From an uncultured Planctomycetaceae bacterium (GTDB lineage: Bacteria; Planctomycetota; Planctomycetia; Planctomycetales; Planctomycetaceae): a stretch of DNA of 64,000 nucleotides. Shown piece by piece: positions 1 through 8,698 of the stretch. A model generated the notes under the pieces. The model was not told the origin of the DNA, made no database searches, and saw nothing but the letters and a program-made list of their open reading frames with translations. Each line of letters starts with the position of its first letter. Position 1 is the stretch's first letter. A program made the position numbers and the translations under genes. Location: contig CAWFGE010000012.1 of assembly GCA_963815195.1 (NCBI GenBank), positions 992,001 through 1,056,000 of the forward strand, given 5' to 3'.

Positions 1-35
1 CCTCTCCGACAATCCGAGTTGACGAGGTCGAGACA

Positions 36-1151
36 ATGAAGTCCGTCAGTTTATTCGAAGCGAATTTGCTCAGAATTCTGCGCGGATTTTTCGGCCGGGA
101 GCCGGCGGACCGGGTGCTGCGATTGGTCGAATCCGAAACCGCTTGCCCCAAATGCCTGAGCCGAAACGCGGTCGAACTCGTCGAAGACACGCTGCAAAAA
201 GGCGTCGCGGGTTTTCTGGCCCGGCTGGGCGGTTGGCGGCGGGCGAGGTTTATGCGGGACGGCCGCATCGCCGAGGGCCGGCTGTGGAACCGCACGCCGC
301 CCGCGGAGCTCGGGCTGTCGTTCTCCGGGCATTCGTTGCGGTTTCTCATGTGGCTCACCGCGAACCATCCCAATCGCTCCCGCCTGGAACGCGTGCCGGC
401 CGAAAGCGAACTGACCCTCGGCGACCGCTTGCTCTTGTTTCTCGCCTACGAAACACTCCGCGGCACCGAGCCGATCCGCGGGCTGATGGAACAGCCGCCC
501 TTCCGGCGGCACGCGCTGTTGTGGCTGGCCTATCTGCCGGATTTCGTCGAGGCGGAACCGCGGCGTTCGTGGGACTTTGCCCCCTGGATGGACGGGCCGG
601 GATCGTGGATCGTGGAATCGCTGCAACCCCGATTGAGCGAGGCGTGGCTCAAGATGGAGCGTCAAAAAAGCCGAATCGTCAATCCGAATACGATGCGCCG
701 GCTGGGCGAGCTCCAACGCCGCGTGCTCACCCAGTTCTTCGATGCCGCCGAGGCCGCGGGCCGGCAGGATTTGTGCCGATTCTTCCTGGCCGCGATGAAC
801 CGGTATCTCCAGGATGCATCGACCGCGGGCCAGCCGGTTCCCTTTCAACAACTGCATCTCAAGAGTCTGCGGATGGCCGACCGCTTCGAGGTTTATCGAG
901 CCGCCGCCGCGGGCCTGCGGCAGATGGACCGCCTGGACCATTGGAACCGCGTCGCCCGCAGCATCGGTTTTTACGACGAGGGCTACGCCGCCGCCCAGCT
1001 TTGGAAAGCCGACTGGGAAGACCTGGAAGGGGACCGGTTGTGTGCCGAGTCCCAAACCCGGCTCCGGCAACTGGAACCTTTGGGAGCCGGCGGATCGGGA
1101 ACCCGAACCTCCGCCTCGTCCGAAGCGTCAAACATGAAACCTGAAACGTGA
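36..1151 (+). CDS. Hypothetical protein, resembles FtsH ternary system accessory domain (fvmX6-like)
   Basis: 371-aa ORF; ATGA overlap with an upstream gene running off the window edge; N-terminus (VSLFEANLLRILR...CLSRNAVELVEDTLQKG) recalls planctomycete FtsH-ternary proteins, from memory only. Confidence 0.5.
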   Translation: MKSVSLFEANLLRILRGFFGREPADRVLRLVESETACPKCLSRNAVELVEDTLQKGVAGFLARLGGWRRARFMRDGRIAEGRLWNRTPPAELGLSFSGHSLRFLMWLTANHPNRSRLERVPAESELTLGDRLLLFLAYETLRGTEPIRGLMEQPPFRRHALLWLAYLPDFVEAEPRRSWDFAPWMDGPGSWIVESLQPRLSEAWLKMERQKSRIVNPNTMRRLGELQRRVLTQFFDAAEAAGRQDLCRFFLAAMNRYLQDASTAGQPVPFQQLHLKSLRMADRFEVYRAAAAGLRQMDRLDHWNRVARSIGFYDEGYAAAQLWKADWEDLEGDRLCAESQTRLRQLEPLGAGGSGTRTSASSEASNMKPET

Positions 1152-1181
1152 GACCTGAAACCCTTTCCCCGGGAGAAATCG

Positions 1182-1751
1182 ATGAGCCGCGCTTATCGCA
1201 TCAAAGTCAGCGAATCGCTGCACCGCGTGATTCGGGCCAGCGACCATGTGAGCACGCAACTGGAACTGTTGGAGATCCTGCCCCGCGAGCAAATGGCCGG
1301 GCTTTTGGAGCGGCAACTTGCGTCCCTGGGATTCGAGCGGCAAGGAGAACTCCTCGTGCGCGAAAATCAGGGCGTGATTGTCGAGGTCGATCCCAAGGCC
1401 GGCACCGTCACCGCCCGCATCGAAGCCGACCAAGACGTGAGCTTGGAGCGCGAAGGCGAAGCGAGCGTGTATGACTTCGGCAGCGAACTCACCAAGAACG
1501 TCAAAGAAAACAAGCGCGAAGAGCTTCGCCAGCAGATGGAAAAAGAAGCCGAGGCCGAACAGCAAAGGCTTCAAAAGGAACTCACGGACCGCCTGGAAGC
1601 GGAGCTGATCGACCTGCGGTCGGAGTTGGACCAGGCGGTCAACCGCGTGACCGCGGAAGCCCTCAAACAAAAAGCCGCCCAAATCGGCCAGATCAAGGAA
1701 CTGACCGAAGACCAAGAGAGCGGCTCGCTGACAATCGTGCTGGAAGTTTAA
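1182..1751 (+). CDS. Coiled-coil protein, resembles FtsH ternary system accessory domain (fvmX5-like)
   Basis: 189-aa ORF MSRAYRIKVSESLHRVIRASDHVSTQLELLEILP... ending GSLTIVLEV; GGAGA RBS; co-oriented with upstream gene. Confidence 0.5.
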   Translation: MSRAYRIKVSESLHRVIRASDHVSTQLELLEILPREQMAGLLERQLASLGFERQGELLVRENQGVIVEVDPKAGTVTARIEADQDVSLEREGEASVYDFGSELTKNVKENKREELRQQMEKEAEAEQQRLQKELTDRLEAELIDLRSELDQAVNRVTAEALKQKAAQIGQIKELTEDQESGSLTIVLEV

Positions 1752-1783
1752 CGCATCTTGCACTCCCGCCACGGTGCCGGCCA

Positions 1784-2221
1784 TTATCGTTCCGGATTCG
1801 CAGCGCTGTTCGGTTCGTGGATTTCCAGGACGACGGGGCCCCAGAGGCCGCCGGGGGCTGGGGATTGGGCGGGGTCGAATTGCACGTCCACTTGCAGCTC
1901 GTTGTGCGGGGTAAGCCGGTTTGTGATTTCGATTCGAACGGGAGCCTCGCCGGCGGTTTCGCTGGGGGATTCTCCAATCCGTTGGCCGTTTAAGGAAATC
2001 TCCGCCTCGCCGCCTATCCCTTCGAAGATGAGATGCACCCGGCTTTCGGGTTCCAGGTTGGTCGGGCGGTGAAAGGTCCTCGAGAACCGCGCGCGGCCGG
2101 GCGTTTCTCCAAACAAGTCTCGCCAGGATTGAGGCAATTGGACGCGGCCCCGTGCGGAAAGGCCGGCGGAAAGGCTGTCGCACCGCCAAGGACCCCGCAG
2201 CCGGATGCGATGAATGCTCAT
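1784..2221 (-). CDS. Stand-alone GH2-type sugar-binding (jelly-roll) domain protein
   Basis: IRLRGPW, FSRTFHRPTNL, VHLIFEGIGG..ISLNG, EITNRL...NELQV, GGLWGPVVLE match the GH2 N-terminal domain pattern. Confidence 0.65.
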   Translation of the reverse strand: MSIHRIRLRGPWRCDSLSAGLSARGRVQLPQSWRDLFGETPGRARFSRTFHRPTNLEPESRVHLIFEGIGGEAEISLNGQRIGESPSETAGEAPVRIEITNRLTPHNELQVDVQFDPAQSPAPGGLWGPVVLEIHEPNSAANPER

Positions 2222-2481
2222 GGATTCGGGTCTCTTTTCGATGAACCGGGGCTAGCGCCCTGCGGCTAATATGTTCCACCCCCACGTTTTTGGTTTGACG
2301 CGGCACTGGGCGCTCGGGAAATAAAACGGACTGGCTGCAATCTTGCGGCGGTTTCGCCCCTTGCGTCATAATCAACCTCCGCGAGCCGTGCAACGCCAAG
2401 CCGCCAACCAACAACCGCACCAATTCAACACCTGTTCCTCGATCGCAGCTTCGACTAAGAATTAGCCCCTCTGGCAAGATC

Positions 2482-3486
2482 ATGTCCTCGTTCCTTCAAT
2501 TGGCGATTGCCTGTTTGCTGTTTGCCGTGGGGCTTAGGCTGTCGGCGTTTTTCAGCGGCAGCGAGACGGGCTTTTACCGGGCGAGTTTCTTGCGGATCAG
2601 CATCGACGCCCAGGCCGGCGACGCCGTCGCCCAGCGATTGCTGTGGTTCGCGAGAAACCCGAGCGCCTTCGTGGCCACGACGCTGGTGGGGAACAACGTC
2701 GCCAACTATTTGACGACGCTCGCGATCGGCTTCGCGACGTTGGCCATGTTCGAAGAGCACGCCCAGTGGATGGAAATCCTCGGGACGCTGTTCGTGTCCC
2801 CGATCGTGTTCATCGGCGGCGAATTGCTGCCCAAGAATCTATATTACCGGGCCCCCTTATTGCTCCTCCGCCGGGACGCGAACCGGCTGGTCGTGTTTTA
2901 CTATCTGTTTCTCGTGGTGAGCTTCCCGCTGATTGGAATCAGCAAGCTGTTCGAAAAGCTGGGCCCGGCGCAGGAAGAGCACTCGGGCCTGGTGCTGGGG
3001 CGGAACCGGCTCGTCCAGGTTTTGAGCCAAGGCCATCGCGAGGGGATCCTGACCAATGTGCAGACCCGGCTGATTCGCGGCGTGATGAACGTGGCGGGCC
3101 AATCCGTGCGAAGCTCCACGACGCCCTCGGACCGCGTGCTGGGCGTGGAGGACGACACCTCGCGGGCGGAGATTCTGGAGTTCGCCCGGCGGTACGGGAT
3201 TTCCGTCGTGCCGATGCGAAAAGCCGGCGATCCGCACGGCTGGTTCGGTTATGTCCGCGTGGTGGATCTGGCGGTGTCCCGGCAAACGGTGTCGTCGCTC
3301 GTTTTCGCCATGCCCCAAATTCCCGCGAGCCGGGGCAAATTGGAAGCCTTGCTGCAGCTCCGCGAAACCGACATGGAATGCGGCGTGGTCGTGGACGGGG
3401 AAAAAGTCGTCGGCGTGGTCAGCGCGCACGGCCTGGTCGAGCAACTCTTCCGCCCGCCCGCTCTCGCCAATCCGGATAACGAGTAG
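2482..3486 (+). CDS. CNNM (DUF21) transmembrane + CBS domain protein
   Basis: LSAFFSGSETG, TTLVGNNVAN, GELLPK motifs; degenerate CBS pair at C-terminus. Confidence 0.85.
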   Translation: MSSFLQLAIACLLFAVGLRLSAFFSGSETGFYRASFLRISIDAQAGDAVAQRLLWFARNPSAFVATTLVGNNVANYLTTLAIGFATLAMFEEHAQWMEILGTLFVSPIVFIGGELLPKNLYYRAPLLLLRRDANRLVVFYYLFLVVSFPLIGISKLFEKLGPAQEEHSGLVLGRNRLVQVLSQGHREGILTNVQTRLIRGVMNVAGQSVRSSTTPSDRVLGVEDDTSRAEILEFARRYGISVVPMRKAGDPHGWFGYVRVVDLAVSRQTVSSLVFAMPQIPASRGKLEALLQLRETDMECGVVVDGEKVVGVVSAHGLVEQLFRPPALANPDNE

Positions 3487-3499
3487 AAAAGACAATCGC

Positions 3500-4120
3500 T
3501 CAACGCGAGAGCCATTCCTCGCTGGTCGTAATTCTCGCGCCGGCTTTCTCGAGCTCGGCGACGGCGCGTTGGTCGTCTTCCGCGTGAAGATTGACAGCCC
3601 GGCAGCCGTCGGCGATCAGCACCGTCTCGTAGCCCAGCGTGAGCGCATCGAGCGCGGTGAACTTCACGCAGTAATCGGTGGCCAGGCCCAAAACCACGAC
3701 GCGGTCGATGCGTTGGTTTTTGAGGTAATCATCGAGCCCGGTGGCCTTCACGTGGCCGTTGTCGAAGAACCCGCTGTAGCTGTCGAGCTTTGGATCCGCG
3801 CCTTTGTGGACGACGAAATCGACGCGGGATCGATCGAGGCCGGGCGGAAACTCCGCGCCGGGGGTGTTCTGGATACAGTGGTCGGGCCAGAGGATTTGAT
3901 CGAGGCCGCCGACCTGGATGATTTCGCCGATCTCGTGGCCGGGGTGGTTGTTCGCGAAGCTGCAATGGTCGGGGGGATGCCAATCCGCGGTGGCGACCAC
4001 CCGCTCAAAACGGGGCATCAAGGCGTTGGCGATGGGAACCACCTGGTCGCCTTCTGGGACGGCGAGCGCTCCCCCGGGGAGAAAGTCGTTCTGCAAATCC
4101 ACCAGCAGCAAGGCATCCAT
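3500..4120 (-). CDS. pncA: Nicotinamidase/pyrazinamidase
   Basis: MDALLLVDLQNDFLPGGALAV, DWHP, WPDHC, KG...DSYSGF, GLATDYCV; start moved to ATG at 4120. Confidence 0.93.
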   Translation of the reverse strand: MDALLLVDLQNDFLPGGALAVPEGDQVVPIANALMPRFERVVATADWHPPDHCSFANNHPGHEIGEIIQVGGLDQILWPDHCIQNTPGAEFPPGLDRSRVDFVVHKGADPKLDSYSGFFDNGHVKATGLDDYLKNQRIDRVVVLGLATDYCVKFTALDALTLGYETVLIADGCRAVNLHAEDDQRAVAELEKAGARITTSEEWLSR

Positions 4121-4191
4121 TTCATCTCGCCCAAGGAAAACGGATCGGCGGATCTGCCGGCGAACCTCCGAACTGACGAAACGAACGCGCT

Positions 4192-4464
4192 CTAAGCCTG
4201 GGCTTTTTGGGTCTTGAGCAATTTCGAGAGCCGGGATTTCGTGCGGGCGGCGGCGTTGGGGTGAATCAACCGCGTGGAGGCCGCTTGATCCAGACGTTTC
4301 GTGGCCAGACGGAACGCAGCGTCGGCGGCTTCGGCGTCTCCGCTGACGGCGGCCTGACGGCACTTCTTGATGACCGTCCTGAGGGCCGAGCGCTGGGAAC
4401 GATTTCGCAGTCGGCGGGTCTGGTTTTGGCGAAGAGCCTTTTTGGCACTGGTGGTGTTGGGCAT
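4192..4464 (-). CDS. rpsT: 30S ribosomal protein S20
   Basis: [13 protein letters not shown]...[15 protein letters not shown]...[13 protein letters not shown]. Confidence 0.97.
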   Translation of the reverse strand: MPNTTSAKKALRQNQTRRLRNRSQRSALRTVIKKCRQAAVSGDAEAADAAFRLATKRLDQAASTRLIHPNAAARTKSRLSKLLKTQKAQA

Positions 4465-4849
4465 AGTCGGGGCGTGAAAAGAGCAACAAAAGAAAAGGAG
4501 GGACCGGTTCCCTCCACGTTCAAGGCGAACACGCAGTGTAGCGATCGAGGAATCGATTTGCCAGCATCCCGCCTCTCTCGTGACGCGATATTTTCGCTCC
4601 CGGCTCTCAAATCGGTCGGAGGACCCGTCGCGGACGCCGGAATCGCCCGGTAAAATGGCTCGAGTCGAGGGAAAATCCTGGATAATCTGGCAGAAATTGA
4701 CAAATATTAAGGATATGAGGGGGAGTTTACGTTATCATTTTTAGGGAGAGATGTTCAAATCCTCGCAAGGGATTCCCCCAGCGGGTGCTTACCCTTCAAG
4801 TCGATCCCTGCTCTATTATTTGTCGCGAATTCGGTTGAGGGCCACCACG

Positions 4850-6101
4850 GTGGATTGGATCTGGAACGACACCCAATTGATTTTGGCAGGCGTTGCCGTC
4901 GGCGCGATTTTGGCGGCCGGGTTGAAGGACCTCGTGAACAGTCTTTTCCGGGGCCGAACGCGGATCGTGCTGCAAAGTCTCTCCACGCACCGCGGACCGG
5001 GCGCACCCGGCATGCCTTCCGTGGAACTCACCGGCCGGCGCAAGGGGCTGTTGGGGTTTGTGCTCGCGCGAGCTTGATCCCGGCCCGCAAGTCCAATTGA
5101 CCGTCCACGGGACCGAAATTCTAAAAACCACCCGCGGCCTCACCGGGCAGTTGCAGGAGCGGATTCCCCTGTCCGAGGGCATGGCGGTCCAATCACGGCG
5201 CGGACGAAACGGGTTGTGGCTGGCGGGGGCGGTTTTCAGCATCACCTTGGGCATGACCTGCGCGCTGGTCCTCGTGATGCCGGAGAATCCCAACAAGGGA
5301 CTTTTGAGCGCGGCGGCTTGGCTGTTGGCGGCGGGGGCGTTTCTCGCGGCATACAAGCTATCGGACACGTTTGAGTTCACCGTCCTGGGGGCCAATCAAA
5401 CGGGCGTCCGGTTCAAACCCGGCCTCTTGGAGGGCGGGCGGGTGTCGTTCGACCGCCTGGTCGAAGCCTCGGAAATCGTGATGGAGCGAATCCGAGACGC
5501 CCACTGGCAGGCACAACCCGCCGCGACCGTCCCGCACGTCGCCCCGCAGTCGGACGTTTCCATCGGGACCGCCGAGGTTCCGCCGGCACCCGTTTCTCGC
5601 GAGCCGGTTCGCGCGGAAAGTCCCGCTCGGCAAATGGCGTATGCCGGCGCGGGGGGAGGCGGGCACGCTCCGCCGCGGACGAAAGGCACCGGAACCGTCG
5701 AATACGGATCGGACCCCGGTTTGGATTCCGCGGACGACTGGGAAGGCCGACCGGAGCCGGGAACGGCGAATTCGGTCTTTCTCCAGCAGGCATTGGCCCG
5801 CCCGTTGCGGCCTCCCGCCGACATGGACGATCTGGACGACGATGACTATGACGGGCTTGACGATCCCGCTCCCCGGGCGAACGGGGGGGCGCAGCATCTC
5901 GGCACCGTGAGTTGGGAAGACCACGCCGATAAAGCGCAGGACGAGATCAAGGCCCAGGCATTGCTCACCGAACTGAAAGAGAGCCACCCCAAGCGCGGAG
6001 AAGCGAAACTTCGGCTCCGGGAATTGATCAGGCGGTTCCCCCAGACCGAAGCCGCCGGCAAAGCCCGCCACCTGCTCGAACGCCTCGAATCCGCCCGTTA
6101 G
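4850..6101 (+). CDS. Hypothetical membrane protein, split by an apparent frameshift near 5070
   Basis: Two overlapping ORFs (4751-5077, 5058-6101) join into one membrane protein with an acidic linker and a C-terminal helical motif (LIRRFPQTEAAGKARHLL). Confidence 0.55.
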
Positions 6102-6235
6102 ATAGAAAACGGCCCACCCAAAGTGAGCGGCAAGGCATTCGCCTCCGGCCTTTCTCACCCGCCCGAAGCGCAAGCGAGGGAAGGCAAGTTCGGGGCAAAT
6201 CTCTAGCGCCTACGGCTCATTTTCTCGCATAGGAT

Positions 6236-8491
6236 TTACGCCTCCCTAACCACTACGCGGTTGCCGGCGACTTCGATGACTTCGATGGGGGTGCCGGCTT
6301 GGATGTAGGGGCCGTTGCTGACGACATCCACCATGCGGTCGCCGAACCGGGCTTTGCCGGCGGGACGCAACACCGATTGGGCCGTTCCCGTCTGCCCGTG
6401 CAACTCGGCAAAGGGGCTCTCGCCGTCAAGTCCTTCGCGGCCGGTGCGGAGTTTCGGGCCTTCGGTCTCGTCCTGGGAATTCGGCGGATGGAGGATGATC
6501 GCGTTGAACAGGGGGATATGCGGCAAATAGCGGTTGACGACCGCCGCGATCGCCATCACCGCCGCAATCGACAGGCTTAATGTTTTGACCGTCGTGGTGA
6601 GTTGTTCCATGTCGTGGCCCCAACTGTCGCCGAAGGTTTGGCTGGCGAGGATCAGCGACGCGAGCACCATCAGCCCGCCGGAGATGCCAAACACGCCGAA
6701 GCCGGGGATCACAAACAGTTCGAGCCCCAGGCAGACCAGGCCGCCGACGAACAAGATCACCTCGAGCCAGCCCGCGGTGCCGCCCATGTAGCGGGACCAG
6801 AAGAACAGGGCAAAGCACAGTCCCGAAAGGATGGCGAGGAAGCCGGTCATCAGGTGCAGTTCGAAGAACAGGCAAATCATCGCGACCACAAACAGCGTCC
6901 CGGTCCAGCCGGGCGAGTTGAGCTTGAAGATCAGCGAATCGACCCAGCTTTCCTCCATGGGCGCCAGTTTTTGTTCCGCCGGGATGCCCAGCCGCTGCTT
7001 GAGTTCGTCCATGTCCGAGACGGGCGGCTCGGCGAGTTTGAGTTCGTGGGCCCGTTTGCCCGTCACGGTGAGCAGCAGGTCTTTTTCGGACTCCGGGACG
7101 ACCCCGATTTCCTCCCATTCGCTCCTTTGTTTGTGAAACTCGGCTTCGCTCAAGTACCAGATGTGCCCGTCCTTTTTGCTGCGGACTTCAACGACGACGA
7201 GGTTCCGGTCGGCCATCGCTTCCAACAAGGCGGCGGGGCGGTGCTTTTTCTGGGCGAGCGACGTCAGCTCGGTGCGGATCGCGCTCAATTGCTTTTCGGG
7301 CACGCGCTCGAAGGCCTGGCCTTTGCCGATGGTGATCGGCCCCGCATCGCCGATCTTGGCGTCGGGCTGCATGTAGATTTCATCGCAGGCGAGCGAAATC
7401 ACCGCCGCGGCGCTAAACGCCGTTTTGGGAATATACGCCACCGTGCGGACCTTCTTCTCGCTCAGATCGGTGATCGCATACCTGAGATCCCACATGGTGT
7501 CCATGTACCCGCCGGGCGAATCGACCTCGAAGATAATCATGTTCGCGCCCTCGGAGACCGCGCGGTTGATGAGCCGTTTAATGTAGGCTCCCATCACCGG
7601 CTCGATCATGCCTTCCACCTTGATCAGCCGCACCTTGAGCTCCCCGGCGATCGCGGGATCCTCGCGGAGATCGGACGGGGCGAGCTTGTAGGTGTCGGCG
7701 AGTTCCTTCCGCGTGGAGGCGGTCTGCGTGACGAGCACATCAAAACGCCGGGCCTTCTCGCCAGTGAACACGCCGGCCTCGGCGCTGTCCAGGATCGGCA
7801 CGGTGTTCTTGATGACCGTCTTTTGCTCCTGGAGGCGTTTGAGCTCGTCCCCGGTGACAATTTCGCTCGTCTCCGTCGCGTTGGGGCCTTGGCCTCGCTC
7901 CACCGTGATGCGGTTCAGCTCGATGTTGCGGTCCATCATCTTGCGGACGAGCGCCTCGCTGACTTTGTTGTTGTTGGCTTTGGAGACAATGTCGACGACG
8001 AGCTTCTGCCGGTTCTCCTCCAAGGGCTTTCCGCGTCCGATGTCGCCCAGCTCGGCATCGGGGGCCATCACAATCTCCCGGCAGCCCAAAGCGAGGATGG
8101 CGTTGTTCCCCGTCACCGATTGAGAAACCCAGGCCACCGTGGTCACGTCGGCGATTTGGGGCGAGGTCAGCCAATCGGCCAGGCCGCAGACTTCATAAAA
8201 CTCGCTGCTGCCCGGCTCGATCTCCAAGAACAACAGGCCCTGCTTTTTCCGCTGGGTGGCTTCGGTTTGCAGGGTGAGCGCCGCGTTTTTCACCCGGCCG
8301 ACTTGGGCGTCGGTCAGGGGACTTTCGACGGTGATGAAAAGCACCGGCCGCTTGTTGGACTCTTGGGCATCGTCCGCCCAGGCGAGAGGCCGGCCGGGAG
8401 AAAACGCCCACGCGAAAACGAATGCCGCCGCAATAAAACCCAGCCGCCCGATTCGGGAATTCGAGAATTTCGTTTGCACCATCCACTCCAA
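6236..8491 (-). CDS. nfeD: NfeD-family membrane-bound ClpP-class serine protease
   Basis: Signal peptide, ClpP-like domains (EVDSPGG, AFSAAAVISLAC, IGDAGPI), TM bundle (ELFVIPGFGVFG), C-terminal OB fold (LRPAGKA...VDVVS). Confidence 0.9.
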   Translation of the reverse strand: MEWMVQTKFSNSRIGRLGFIAAAFVFAWAFSPGRPLAWADDAQESNKRPVLFITVESPLTDAQVGRVKNAALTLQTEATQRKKQGLLFLEIEPGSSEFYEVCGLADWLTSPQIADVTTVAWVSQSVTGNNAILALGCREIVMAPDAELGDIGRGKPLEENRQKLVVDIVSKANNNKVSEALVRKMMDRNIELNRITVERGQGPNATETSEIVTGDELKRLQEQKTVIKNTVPILDSAEAGVFTGEKARRFDVLVTQTASTRKELADTYKLAPSDLREDPAIAGELKVRLIKVEGMIEPVMGAYIKRLINRAVSEGANMIIFEVDSPGGYMDTMWDLRYAITDLSEKKVRTVAYIPKTAFSAAAVISLACDEIYMQPDAKIGDAGPITIGKGQAFERVPEKQLSAIRTELTSLAQKKHRPAALLEAMADRNLVVVEVRSKKDGHIWYLSEAEFHKQRSEWEEIGVVPESEKDLLLTVTGKRAHELKLAEPPVSDMDELKQRLGIPAEQKLAPMEESWVDSLIFKLNSPGWTGTLFVVAMICLFFELHLMTGFLAILSGLCFALFFWSRYMGGTAGWLEVILFVGGLVCLGLELFVIPGFGVFGISGGLMVLASLILASQTFGDSWGHDMEQLTTTVKTLSLSIAAVMAIAAVVNRYLPHIPLFNAIILHPPNSQDETEGPKLRTGREGLDGESPFAELHGQTGTAQSVLRPAGKARFGDRMVDVVSNGPYIQAGTPIEVIEVAGNRVVVREA

Positions 8492-8698
8492 TCATTGCAT
8501 TCGCAGGGCATTTTCACGCACTCGAAGTCGTGGACGAAAACGCGGTGTGACCGATGGGGAAAGCCTCTGAGAAAGGACGCCCTGCGGATGAGGCGCAGGG
8601 CGCAATCTCTCCATCCTCGTCTGCCAAATTATATCACCCCGGGAAAATGGGAGTCAAATTGCGAATCAGAAGCGGGCGGCGTTCGGGGGGGGCGTGTG

